Below are positions 5,670 to 15,315 of a stretch of DNA of 40,827 nucleotides, in pieces. The position numbers and the translations under genes are program-made. Position 1 is the first letter of the stretch. Each line of letters begins with the position of its first letter. The notes below the pieces were generated by a model. The model was given only the letters and a program-made list of their open reading frames with translations. It was not told the DNA's origin and made no database searches. The DNA comes from a virus, in the IMG/VR virus record IMGVR_UViG_3300043640_000296, positions 1 to 40,827 of that record. One strand, given 5' to 3'.

Positions 5670-8087
5670 TTAATAACGTATAAAATAATCTACAAACACG
5701 TTTACCGGTCTGTTTTCTGAGCCGCCCTCAGCTGCAACTGAAACAGCGGTAGTACCACCAATTTGTTCTACATTTGCTCCAGGTCCTGCTATAAATCCGG
5801 TCGCTGATAATGCAACAGTTGAACCTGGATGACTATGTACTACAAATTGACTTAATTCAAATGTACCAACATTTGTACCCGCTATATTTCCAATAGCACC
5901 TGATCTAAGAATGGTTCCTGAATCCCATATTCCTGTAGGATCTGTTCCTCTTAAGAATAAACCTCTTAAATCTGGAACAGCAAAAAATACTGTATTAATA
6001 GCAGTAATAGTTTTTGTTGCTACTTGAGCTGCAGTTTCATTACCTATTAAAGTAACTTGAATAGGATTAGCAGATCCAGCTGGAGCAACCCCTATTCCTC
6101 CTATCTTATACCAGAAAGTATATATAATAGAATTAGCACTCAATGTAAAAAATGAACCCGCTCCACCTGCTATACTGGCTGCTGGAAGAACAGAAATCGT
6201 ATTATTTTGAAAACCAGCAATGACATTTGAAATAATAATACCAACATCTTGCAATGTCATATTAGGTGATAAATTTATTTGAAATAAAGTTAACCCACCT
6301 GCAGCTGGAGCTATTTCTCCATTTACTTTAAACCATAATCTGAACGAGCCACCTGTATTGCTAAATTGAAAATATTTACCTGGTATACCGACACCTGCTG
6401 CAAGTGTATTTGCTGCTAAGGCTACAACAATAAAACTATATTTTATTACTGATGATTCTAATGGATTAGAAGGAAAAGTTGCAGGTTCAGTATAATCATA
6501 TACAAGCATTCCACTGGTTCCAGCACTAGCCCCTCCTAATGGTAAGCCATTAGTAATCAAAGTACTCGTCACTACTCCAACATTATTTGTTCTTGAAAGA
6601 TATAAAAAAGCAGCCCCTGAATTATTTATATTAATATTAAAAGTAAATCCTGTGGGTATTGTTCCATCTGCTGGATTAGCTTGTACAGATGCAAGTTTAT
6701 TTAATGAAAGCATGAATGTCCCAGTTCCACCTAAAACTGAATAAGCATTCACGAAATTTACACCTGTTCCAAAAATAGGTAAATTATAAGTTGAATTAAA
6801 TAAAACAGCTCCCAATCTTGCATAAGGAATACCAAGAGGAGAATAATCTGCTGTTCTATATTGTGTACCATCGCAATAGAGTAAATTACCTACTTGGGAA
6901 GCTGCTGGCACCATTGATGAAATAATTTCTCCAATAGATGAATGGTCGAATAATAAACCACTAGTTCCTAATACGGCAGGACAGTATAAATCAAAACCAT
7001 TTGGATTAGGAACTGGAAACCAACCCGCTGTTGAAGGACCTATTTGTTGTGCTTCGGTTTGTGTTGGGAATCCTTGTAGAGTTGCATTCCCTGCAATTAA
7101 TGCAAAATCTGTCATTAATGCAGTTTGAGCAGACGTCGGTGGCAAACGAATAATGATATGCACTGTATCATCATTATTCGTGCCAATTGTTTTACTCGCA
7201 TTATCACCAAATAGAATAGTGGTATTATATTCTTGAATAATGCCATCTAATAAACTAATAGTTCCAACTATGGTTTCTGTTGGCGCACTTGGGGTGCCTC
7301 CTGTACCAAAGAACTTACGTACAATTATTTGGACATTATTAATATCACTTCCATTTTCAGCTTCACCTTCAAAATAGAAATTATATAATTGCGTGTCAGA
7401 TGCAAATGTATTCACACCTCTAAAAGTTAATACCAAATCTTTGCGAGTATCAGATCCCGTAACAGTTGTCTGAATTTGAACTGCATAACGGGGATTCCCT
7501 GTGGGTGTTCCAATATATGAAACATATTGTGGGAAAGTCACAAAATCGGTAGCAGAACTTGCAGGTCCTCGAACAAAAGACCATCCACCTTGTGCTATAA
7601 CAGTTGTATCTTGTGAAATTTTCCCAGGAATAAATCCATTTGCAACCGATGCCGGAACATTATCATGTAAAAGAAATTGTCCGTTAGGAACAAAGTTTAT
7701 AAGATTAGCAGATGTTGAAATAATATCTTCCGCAGAAGTATTAGGCCAACCTTCTCGAGTAAATTGTAAAACACCACTCGAGTCATAAACTGCAATATAA
7801 TAAAGTTCAATATTTCCATTCACATCAAAAGGAAAATAGTAGGGAAGAATATCACTTCCTGTATTATCTTGAAATGTACCCACAGAACTTAAGATAACGG
7901 GATTAGGCAATACAGTATAAGTATAAGCTGTGGGACTGCCACTTATTTCATAAACAGGTTTTGGAATGGTGCGTGCATCATCTTCAAAAAAGTAAACAAG
8001 ACCACCCGATAAGGGAAGTCCAGTATCTTTATCTACAAAATACATTTGTAATGAAGGTGCTAATACATATCTGGGATCTAAAGCCAT
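5670..8087 (-). CDS. Large tail fibre with C-terminal tail-collar-type domain
   Basis: 805 aa. C-terminal VPDLRGLFLRGTD...HSHPG...ENRPVNVFVDYFIRY matches the phage Tail_Collar (PF07484-like) pattern. Confidence 0.85.
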   Translation of the reverse strand: MALDPRYVLAPSLQMYFVDKDTGLPLSGGLVYFFEDDARTIPKPVYEISGSPTAYTYTVLPNPVILSSVGTFQDNTGSDILPYYFPFDVNGNIELYYIAVYDSSGVLQFTREGWPNTSAEDIISTSANLINFVPNGQFLLHDNVPASVANGFIPGKISQDTTVIAQGGWSFVRGPASSATDFVTFPQYVSYIGTPTGNPRYAVQIQTTVTGSDTRKDLVLTFRGVNTFASDTQLYNFYFEGEAENGSDINNVQIIVRKFFGTGGTPSAPTETIVGTISLLDGIIQEYNTTILFGDNASKTIGTNNDDTVHIIIRLPPTSAQTALMTDFALIAGNATLQGFPTQTEAQQIGPSTAGWFPVPNPNGFDLYCPAVLGTSGLLFDHSSIGEIISSMVPAASQVGNLLYCDGTQYRTADYSPLGIPYARLGAVLFNSTYNLPIFGTGVNFVNAYSVLGGTGTFMLSLNKLASVQANPADGTIPTGFTFNININNSGAAFLYLSRTNNVGVVTSTLITNGLPLGGASAGTSGMLVYDYTEPATFPSNPLESSVIKYSFIVVALAANTLAAGVGIPGKYFQFSNTGGSFRLWFKVNGEIAPAAGGLTLFQINLSPNMTLQDVGIIISNVIAGFQNNTISVLPAASIAGGAGSFFTLSANSIIYTFWYKIGGIGVAPAGSANPIQVTLIGNETAAQVATKTITAINTVFFAVPDLRGLFLRGTDPTGIWDSGTILRSGAIGNIAGTNVGTFELSQFVVHSHPGSTVALSATGFIAGPGANVEQIGGTTAVSVAAEGGSENRPVNVFVDYFIRY

Positions 8088-8103
8088 CCTTGGCTCCTAT
8101 TAA

Positions 8104-9837
8104 TTAATGTTTCTTTTTCATTATGCTATATAGTGCGCCTAATAAGGGATGACCTAATACTGCGCCACTCGCTGTTCCTAAAGCAATATCCCATAAATCT
8201 TTAGGTTCATCTAAAAGTTTTTTCCCTGACTTCATTTTTTCAAGTTTAGGAATAATTTTTTTATCAAACCCTTTACTTAATTCTTCTGCTAATAAATCCA
8301 TTTCTGGACCCATATGCGTTTGAAATCCTGATTGTTTTGCTTGCTGAATTGCTTCACCTAATTTTTTAGGTTGAGGTGTTCCATGAGTGCCGAATTCATT
8401 TAACAAAACATTATTACGTCCGGCAGGCCCAATATCCTGGATAATCCTAGTCGCTTTAGTTTTTGGATAACCAAAGACACCTTTTAAATCGGTCGGTTTA
8501 ACTCCTTCACCTGCTCTATAAAATTCAGATTCAGGCGTTCTTGCCATTCTAGAAATTTCAGGATGTAAATCATAGATAGAAACATTACGAGTCCATTTAT
8601 TTCTGAATTGCTCATATTCTCTTTGAAACTCAGGTGCTTGAGAACGCATAAAAGTATTTTGATCATTCAATAAAAGATTACTATCATGATTTATTTCATA
8701 TAATAGATCTTGACCCGCACGATCTAATTTTCCTTCATGATTCAATTTTGTTAATCTTCTTGTTTCACTACCTAATTGTTGGCGTAAAGCATCAGAGTGA
8801 TTTAAGCTCGGATTTTCTATATAAGCATGACGTAATTCTGTTAATTTTCTATCATAATTATGAAAACCTTGGCCTTCATTTATATATTGACCATTTTCAG
8901 GTGAAGGAGCTAAATGTGGCCCTCTTTCTCCTTCACGCGCCAGTGGAGCACTAATATGATGCTCACCTAAAGGATCAAACACATTTCTCTTATGCGTCAG
9001 AGCTTCTTCCATGGCACTATTTCTACCAAAATGTAGACGCTTAGCGAATTCATTAATATTTTCTTCAGAAGTTTTAGGTCCACCTAATCCTTCAATAAAT
9101 TGTTGAGCTTTTTGATTCTGTCCTTCATTAAAACTTTTTTCAGCTGCTTTCGATTCTTCTGTTAAAGCTGCATGTTTTAATTTTTCTTGTTCATGTAAAG
9201 CAGAAGAAGCTAATCTTTCTTTTTCAGCGAGTTGTGCTGCTTTTTTCCCTGGTTGTAATAAATCAAATCCAGCTCCAAGTCCTTTTGCTCCTAAAGTATA
9301 GAGTCCTTTTGCCAAGGCAGGAGCACCTAAAATATCGGGCGAATGTTTAGTTAAACCACGTGTCCATTTATCTGATGTTTCACTTGGAAGTCCAAGCCCC
9401 TTAACAAAATCATATTCTTGCTGATGAGGTATATCTTCAGCTTTTATTCCTAACATTCTTCCAAGAGATTGATGATTTCCTGTTAGATGCTCTGCACCTT
9501 TTGCTAAATTGTAAGGAATATTTAATGTTTCATGGCCACCTTGAGCTAGACCTGCTAATACATTGCCAGGCAAGTTCTGCATGAAATGTTGCAATCCAGC
9601 AGGAACTTGGCCTTGTTGCAAATTACGAGTAAAATTATTAATAGGATTTTTTTGTTCTTGTTGTTGAACAGCATTTTGCTCAGATTGTGGTTGAGTTGCG
9701 TGTTCATTCTTTTCTGGCATAGGAAACTGTTGTCGTAGAGTATCACTAATAGATTCCCATGACATACTCTCTGGAAAACGACCAATTTTCCCATTAGGTA
9801 ATTTGACTTGCTTATACTCGCTATTGCTAGCTTGCAT
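8104..9837 (-). CDS. Internal virion / DNA-ejection protein (P22 gp16-sized)
   Basis: 577 aa. Assigned by position and size: third of three genes after the adaptors, as in the P22 order 7-20-16. No motif recognised. Confidence 0.55.
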   Translation of the reverse strand: MQASNSEYKQVKLPNGKIGRFPESMSWESISDTLRQQFPMPEKNEHATQPQSEQNAVQQQEQKNPINNFTRNLQQGQVPAGLQHFMQNLPGNVLAGLAQGGHETLNIPYNLAKGAEHLTGNHQSLGRMLGIKAEDIPHQQEYDFVKGLGLPSETSDKWTRGLTKHSPDILGAPALAKGLYTLGAKGLGAGFDLLQPGKKAAQLAEKERLASSALHEQEKLKHAALTEESKAAEKSFNEGQNQKAQQFIEGLGGPKTSEENINEFAKRLHFGRNSAMEEALTHKRNVFDPLGEHHISAPLAREGERGPHLAPSPENGQYINEGQGFHNYDRKLTELRHAYIENPSLNHSDALRQQLGSETRRLTKLNHEGKLDRAGQDLLYEINHDSNLLLNDQNTFMRSQAPEFQREYEQFRNKWTRNVSIYDLHPEISRMARTPESEFYRAGEGVKPTDLKGVFGYPKTKATRIIQDIGPAGRNNVLLNEFGTHGTPQPKKLGEAIQQAKQSGFQTHMGPEMDLLAEELSKGFDKKIIPKLEKMKSGKKLLDEPKDLWDIALGTASGAVLGHPLLGALYSIMKKKH

Positions 9838-11120
9838 TATTCAAGTCTCCCTGTTTCATGATTCCATGTCATGAAATCAGAATTATTCTCAGGCATTGGA
9901 GCTGCTTGTTGTCCTAGTTTCTGATTAACGTAATTTTTATAAGATTTATCAGATAAATTTTGTGAAATAGCTTTCTCATTTTCCACATCATAAAAAGGTT
10001 TATCATTATTATAGTTGTACCAAAGATTCTCTATTTTATTGTAATCTTTTACTCCTTTATCTTTTGCATATTGGACGAAGTTATCAAATTGCTTGGTTCT
10101 TTCACCCATCGCCTTGATACCAGTAAAAACAGATTTCTCTGCATCATCGGTCATAGTTGTACCAAGTTTTAATGTTTGCGCCAATTTTTCACGATAATCA
10201 GATTGACGATTACCAAACAATTGGGAAGCCAAAGAAACTGCCATATTATTTGCACTATTCATTGCTTTAACAGCATTAGAATCAAATTTTTGTATTTGTT
10301 TAAAAGGTGTATATTCAGTTAAAGGACCTTTGACCCATGCTTTACTAAAAGCTTTATGGAACTTCTCAGCGTCTAAAACTAAAGTACGAGCATTTTGACT
10401 TTCATGAGCCGCTCTTTTTTGTAGTTCATCCAAACCACCGCTTTGTACTTGAGCTGTTTTTTTTCCTTCGGCTTCTGCTGCTGAAATTCTTTGAGCTGCA
10501 GCAATTCCTTGAGGAGTGGCAGGAAAGTTTTTAGCAATATAGGCATCTTGCATAGTCTTCCATGAATTGCCTGAAGCAGGAGCAGTTTCACCTCCCGCTG
10601 GTTTTAGATATGGATGATTAGAGCCTACCTGATCGGCAATAGCTTGCCCAGAACCTGTAGATTTATAAGGGTCACTTGAAAGATTAGTTGAATTAGGAGG
10701 GGGCATCATAATACCCGAACCACCTGTTCCTGGATTCCCTTCGTTTGTTCTACGTGGAACATTCTCAGAAGTTTCACTTCCTGTTACTTTATTCCACATT
10801 TGTTTCAAGAATCCTGGCTCTTCAGTAGCTTTCTGATTTGCTCCACCTTGGTTCAATTGAGACAATATTTGTTGAAATTGTGGCTTATCCATTGCAGCAA
10901 CGGCCATAGGATTACCTAAAACTGTTGCTAACATTTGTCGAGTGGCATTATCTGCATAAGCATTTTTTGAAGCAATCTGAGATTTCAATACTTCAGGCTG
11001 ATAAGCAGCTTTTGTCATATTTGTATAAGTATCAAGTCCAGAGGATAAAGCCTGATTGAAAGGATTCATCTGACCCGGTGTCAGGATTGGATACTCTCTT
11101 TGTTGTAATCCCCAAGTCAT
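9837..11120 (-). CDS. Internal virion / DNA-ejection protein (P22 gp20-sized)
   Basis: 427 aa. Its stop overlaps the next start. Assigned by synteny and size only. Confidence 0.55.
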   Translation of the reverse strand: MTWGLQQREYPILTPGQMNPFNQALSSGLDTYTNMTKAAYQPEVLKSQIASKNAYADNATRQMLATVLGNPMAVAAMDKPQFQQILSQLNQGGANQKATEEPGFLKQMWNKVTGSETSENVPRRTNEGNPGTGGSGIMMPPPNSTNLSSDPYKSTGSGQAIADQVGSNHPYLKPAGGETAPASGNSWKTMQDAYIAKNFPATPQGIAAAQRISAAEAEGKKTAQVQSGGLDELQKRAAHESQNARTLVLDAEKFHKAFSKAWVKGPLTEYTPFKQIQKFDSNAVKAMNSANNMAVSLASQLFGNRQSDYREKLAQTLKLGTTMTDDAEKSVFTGIKAMGERTKQFDNFVQYAKDKGVKDYNKIENLWYNYNNDKPFYDVENEKAISQNLSDKSYKNYVNQKLGQQAAPMPENNSDFMTWNHETGRLE

Positions 11121-11132
11121 AGTATTAATCCT

Positions 11133-11846
11133 TTAAAAAAATCCTGCTAAACTTGCAAGGCCGCCAAAAATGTTACCCCAGTTTTGTCCCTGAGATTGAT
11201 TATGAGCTGCATCACCTGCAAACTTCATCTGTCCTTGCTGCGACATCATGTCAGAAATAATACGTGCCATTTGATCATTACCTTGAAAGCCCATATTGTT
11301 CAGACCTTGCATTCCTTGTAAGCCCATACCATATAAACCTTGCTGGCCTTGAAGACCCATACCTTGTTGTGCATTAGCACTTCCCAAAGCATTACTCATA
11401 TAATTATGGAAATCTTGATTAGCCAGACCCGTAGCCATCGTTGCTGCTTGTTGCTGATGTTGAGGAGAGCCTGCCATGCCACCCGCTGCAGCAGCGTTCT
11501 CAGCAGCACCCATTCCTTGTCCTAATTGCCAATCAAAACCTGGAGATTTCTCATATCCTTGAGCGACATTGTTATACATTGCCATAGGATCATTCATCAT
11601 CTGACTATATTGGCCTTGAAGACCAGGAAGACCTGACATTAAGGATTGATATTGACCTGGGAGTTGGCCAAGAGCTTGTTGACCTTGATGCATATAAGGT
11701 TGGAAATAAGGCGCGACTTGGCCTGGGATTTGTCCCATCATTTTAGATGCATCTTTATAGGGATTTTTTTGATTACCAAAAAGCCCCATCAGTCCTGATG
11801 CAAGTCCACCTGCACCCATACCCATGCCCATATCTCGTGTATTCAT
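11133..11846 (-). CDS. Met/Gln/Gly-rich low-complexity internal virion protein (P22 gp7-sized)
   Basis: 237 aa with repeated GMG / QGQQ / GLQG tracts around a central YEKSPGFDWQLGQGMGAAENAAAAGG motif. Assigned by synteny. Confidence 0.55.
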   Translation of the reverse strand: MNTRDMGMGMGAGGLASGLMGLFGNQKNPYKDASKMMGQIPGQVAPYFQPYMHQGQQALGQLPGQYQSLMSGLPGLQGQYSQMMNDPMAMYNNVAQGYEKSPGFDWQLGQGMGAAENAAAAGGMAGSPQHQQQAATMATGLANQDFHNYMSNALGSANAQQGMGLQGQQGLYGMGLQGMQGLNNMGFQGNDQMARIISDMMSQQGQMKFAGDAAHNQSQGQNWGNIFGGLASLAGFF

Positions 11847-11855
11847 AGTCCATCC

Positions 11856-12119
11856 TTAGACTACTTGGATCACCCTGTAAGTGCCCGCAATGTTCACTTT
11901 GGCTTGATCAGTAGTGCTATCATATAATAAATTTCCGGTCGACGCCGCTGTATTTAAAGTCGTAATAATTGATGTGGGTTGCTGTGGTAATTTGTAACCT
12001 TCATCAGATAAATTCTGCTGAAGCACTTGAAATAATTGCTGCATAATCAATTGCCATTGCTCTGTGAGATAACCATTCCTATCGACAATTTGTATGTTTT
12101 CAAAATTAGGTATATTCAT
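11856..12119 (-). CDS. Small virion-associated protein
   Basis: 87 aa. Its start overlaps the stop of the gp10-like gene by 4 nt, so it is likely translationally coupled. Confidence 0.6.
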   Translation of the reverse strand: MNIPNFENIQIVDRNGYLTEQWQLIMQQLFQVLQQNLSDEGYKLPQQPTSIITTLNTAASTGNLLYDSTTDQAKVNIAGTYRVIQVV

Positions 12120-13738
12120 TGATACACACTCACTATGCCATCAGTGGCGACAAATCGGCTTAATCCCCAGAATCTAAATTGAGGAATAAAATCATTTGCT
12201 GTGCCTAAATTAAAATAGACTAAACGATTTTTAAATACACCTTGAGGATTTAATTCTTTTGACCATATTGTTCCAAAGCTCATTCCCCCATCACGTGATA
12301 CAGATAAATGCACTGCTTGTGGAATTGCATAAGGAATATTTAATTCATTGCTAATTAATATTTCTTCACCACTTTCAGTTAAAAGCAATCCGCCATCTTC
12401 TGCTTGCAATGGACCATAAGTAATAATGGTACGTGATACATTCACTTCAAGTGGATCACCACTTTCAGTTAGAATAGGATTTCCATCTTCTGTTAAAAGA
12501 TCATCCCCAAAAAATACATTACTTTGTGTACCTTGCTCTAATGTGAAAGTTAAATTATTAACCGCAAAACGAGATGCATCAGGCATCCTGATGTTGCGAC
12601 AAACCCTAATACGCGGGATTTCATGTCCATTATAAGTTGTGAATTGAGTGCCCAACTGATATAAATTTCCATCAATAATACTAACGAAATAATATTCATC
12701 ATTGAAGAAAGCAACCTTCTTAGCGATATGCGCATTCATATATTGATCACATAAAGTGAAAAACATATTTGTATTGAAATCGTAAATGTAAGTTAATTCA
12801 TCATCAGGAAAAGTCAGCTGATATATCATATGGCCATCTTGTCTGAATAAAAATCCAAATGAGTTAGCAGGATTGGTTAATTGCGATAATTTAAAATCAA
12901 TACCATCAGTAGATATTTTCTTAATATCACCACCTGTGGAATAAGCAATCATCGGTCCTGATTTTTCATTTGCAGCAAGCCATACAATAATATTTTCATT
13001 GAAGGCAATCGTTGCAGGATTCAAACAACCATAATCAACATTGATTGTGGAATTACGTTGATAAGGAAATAATTGTGCGCCAATATCTTGCCAAAGTTCT
13101 GTTACAGTTTTTCCCATAACGAAAAGCAAATTGCCTCGTCCAGGAAATCTTTGTGTTGCAACAACAGTATCAGGCTTTGTTTGAAATGTTCCCACATGAA
13201 AAGAATCATTTGGCCAGCTTAATCCATTTCCTGCTGCTGATAACCTCCAAGTCGGAGTGCCTACCGCTGCAGAAATAAAACGCCCATTCTGATAAGTTAA
13301 ATATCCAGGTGTGAAATCAATAACTGCCATTGTGAAAGCGCCACTCACATAATTGTAAATCCAAATATTAGACTGATCACAAATAGCAATTTGATTATTA
13401 TTATTTTCATCGATATAAACATTACCAACTGATGTATTAATTGTTCCAATACGCGTAACAGAATTATTATTTGAAATGATATAAACACGATTAGCAATGA
13501 CGGCGATCATGTGATTGAATGTGACACTGGTATATAATCCACGGCCTTCTGCTTGCTCTACAATTTCAGCAGCAAGTTGATGTCCTGCAAATGGCACAAG
13601 AAATCCATCTGAAATAATCATATTGAAAGTTTGCTCGACAGACACTTTAGGATAACGACCAAATTTAGTCGATCCCACAATGTCCAGAGGCAATTGTGTG
13701 AATGTCTGAGAGCGTCCCTTCAATTGCCAGGTCTCCAA
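12116..13738 (-). CDS. Head-completion / packaged-DNA stabilisation protein (P22 gp10-like)
   Basis: 540 aa. The N-terminus (FGRYPKVSVEQTFNMI..GFLVPFAG) and C-terminus (SVSRDGGMSFG...RLVYFNLG...FRFWG) parallel P22 gp10 as recalled. Position follows the gp4-like gene. Confidence 0.7.
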   Translation of the reverse strand: METWQLKGRSQTFTQLPLDIVGSTKFGRYPKVSVEQTFNMIISDGFLVPFAGHQLAAEIVEQAEGRGLYTSVTFNHMIAVIANRVYIISNNNSVTRIGTINTSVGNVYIDENNNNQIAICDQSNIWIYNYVSGAFTMAVIDFTPGYLTYQNGRFISAAVGTPTWRLSAAGNGLSWPNDSFHVGTFQTKPDTVVATQRFPGRGNLLFVMGKTVTELWQDIGAQLFPYQRNSTINVDYGCLNPATIAFNENIIVWLAANEKSGPMIAYSTGGDIKKISTDGIDFKLSQLTNPANSFGFLFRQDGHMIYQLTFPDDELTYIYDFNTNMFFTLCDQYMNAHIAKKVAFFNDEYYFVSIIDGNLYQLGTQFTTYNGHEIPRIRVCRNIRMPDASRFAVNNLTFTLEQGTQSNVFFGDDLLTEDGNPILTESGDPLEVNVSRTIITYGPLQAEDGGLLLTESGEEILISNELNIPYAIPQAVHLSVSRDGGMSFGTIWSKELNPQGVFKNRLVYFNLGTANDFIPQFRFWGLSRFVATDGIVSVYQ

Positions 13739-14427
13739 CCGCGACCAATATTAATATCACCCCAGTTAATTCCTGTAGAACCTTGAAGATTAGAAATCTT
13801 TGTTAAAGTCATATCAGGAGGACTCACATCAGTCATGGCTTCTTCAAGCTCTCGCAATTCATCAACTGCTTGCGGTTGCATTGGAATGCCATATTCAGAA
13901 CAAATACGCATTGCTAAACGATAACGAAGATAATCAATATAATATTCGTCAAAAGTTAGAAGCAGATCTTGATTAGGCGTCACATTATCAAATCCAAATT
14001 TACCCCAAATTTTAATGGGATAATTTGCATCAGGAACGAAATACATAAAAATGTTTGAACCGCCTAAGCAGCGTTCAAAATGCCAATTAAATGGCAGGGA
14101 AGTAATATTATCAACACGACCTGAGCCAAAATAGGGACGGCGTGATTGACCCATCGTTGAATAACGAACTGGCCCAATATTAAAAGTAAGTGTTTCAGGT
14201 TGCACAAGATTGGGAACAAAATATTCCTCTTGCCCTGGCACCGCTACAAACTCATAAAGATTGTAGTAAGGAATGACGCGAGAATAAGCTGACTTTAACG
14301 ATAACAGAGCATTCAGCCAAATTAATGCATCTTCATATTGTTGACCCGTGACTGTTTGCAGTTCACGGGATACAACTTGAGATAAATAATAGGCACGATT
14401 AATTAGTTCCGTTACCGTATAAGCCAT
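13720..14427 (-). CDS. Head-tail adaptor (P22 gp4-like)
   Basis: 235 aa from ATG 14427, SD GGGAA; the track start at 14433 is TTG. Called from position after coat and before the gp10-like gene, plus helical N- and C-terminal segments. Confidence 0.55.
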   Translation of the reverse strand: MAYTVTELINRAYYLSQVVSRELQTVTGQQYEDALIWLNALLSLKSAYSRVIPYYNLYEFVAVPGQEEYFVPNLVQPETLTFNIGPVRYSTMGQSRRPYFGSGRVDNITSLPFNWHFERCLGGSNIFMYFVPDANYPIKIWGKFGFDNVTPNQDLLLTFDEYYIDYLRYRLAMRICSEYGIPMQPQAVDELRELEEAMTDVSPPDMTLTKISNLQGSTGINWGDINIGRGWRPGN

Positions 14428-14451
14428 AAACAATTCCCTGTTTCATAACTT

Positions 14452-15261
14452 TTATAAAGAAAACTCAAACCCAGCAACGCTAATTGCAACAGCATCACTC
14501 GCGTTTGTTTCTTTATAATTTACAGTTGGAGAAAGAACAGTGCTGATTGTTGTATTTTGAGCGAGAACTTTACTGTTACTTGTTACAGCAACAGTTGCTA
14601 CTTGCCCAGTTACAACGACAGCATTACCTGTACCATTTCCTGGTTGTAAGCTTAATGCATTACCAGCAGTAGCTGGCACATAGCTTGTATATAACCAAAC
14701 TGGAATGTTATTAATTAATGGAACTGTTCCAGTCAAATTTACAGCTGCATAAGCAGTTGCATGTCCTGCAGTCACTGCTGTCGCAATAGGCACATCATAA
14801 TAGAAACTTCTGACACCAATACTTGATACAGAATAATAACCTGCAACAAAATGTGAACTGGAATTAGTTGGCCAATATCCAATCTTACGATAGGAATCAT
14901 AACCAAACGGTAAAGCTGGGGTTGTTGCATTTAATGATAGAGTTGTTGCTACTGGTTTTTTATAACTAGAATCACCAATAACATATACAGCATACATTGA
15001 ACTTGCACCTAATGTTCCTACATCTATACCATTCGCACCAACAATAGCTGTATTTAATAAAGTTACAGAATTAGGAGTTCCTAATCCTTCATTTAGGAAA
15101 TCACCCAATACCATATCAATGATATTGTTAGAATCACGTACCTGACATGCAGCAATATCTAATATTGTATTTGGCGTAGTTGCATCATTACTGACAGCTC
15201 CACCATTAAGATATAGTGAAGGTTGATTTACAATTGGGTCTAATTGAGACATAACATTCAT
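14452..15261 (-). CDS. Virion structural protein (possible capsid decoration or fibre)
   Basis: 269 aa between coat and adaptor. The SD AAGGA overlaps the first ATG, so ATG 15252 (MSQLDP...) is the likelier start. Confidence 0.6.
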   Translation of the reverse strand: MNVMSQLDPIVNQPSLYLNGGAVSNDATTPNTILDIAACQVRDSNNIIDMVLGDFLNEGLGTPNSVTLLNTAIVGANGIDVGTLGASSMYAVYVIGDSSYKKPVATTLSLNATTPALPFGYDSYRKIGYWPTNSSSHFVAGYYSVSSIGVRSFYYDVPIATAVTAGHATAYAAVNLTGTVPLINNIPVWLYTSYVPATAGNALSLQPGNGTGNAVVVTGQVATVAVTSNSKVLAQNTTISTVLSPTVNYKETNASDAVAISVAGFEFSL

Positions 15262-15315
15262 CCTTGAAATTCGTTATGAGAAAGGGCTACTCCAAAGAGC
15301 AGCCCATCTATTTGC

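Noticed and set aside
2231-7788. Antisense or overlapping ORFs inside the fibre genes (2231-2443, 2630-2827, 4893-5243, 7501-7788).
   Set aside because: They lie wholly inside longer ORFs with recognisable fibre features. They lack SD sequences. Their Gly/Pro/Val-rich translations are mirror images of Thr/Ala/Gly-rich coding sequence.
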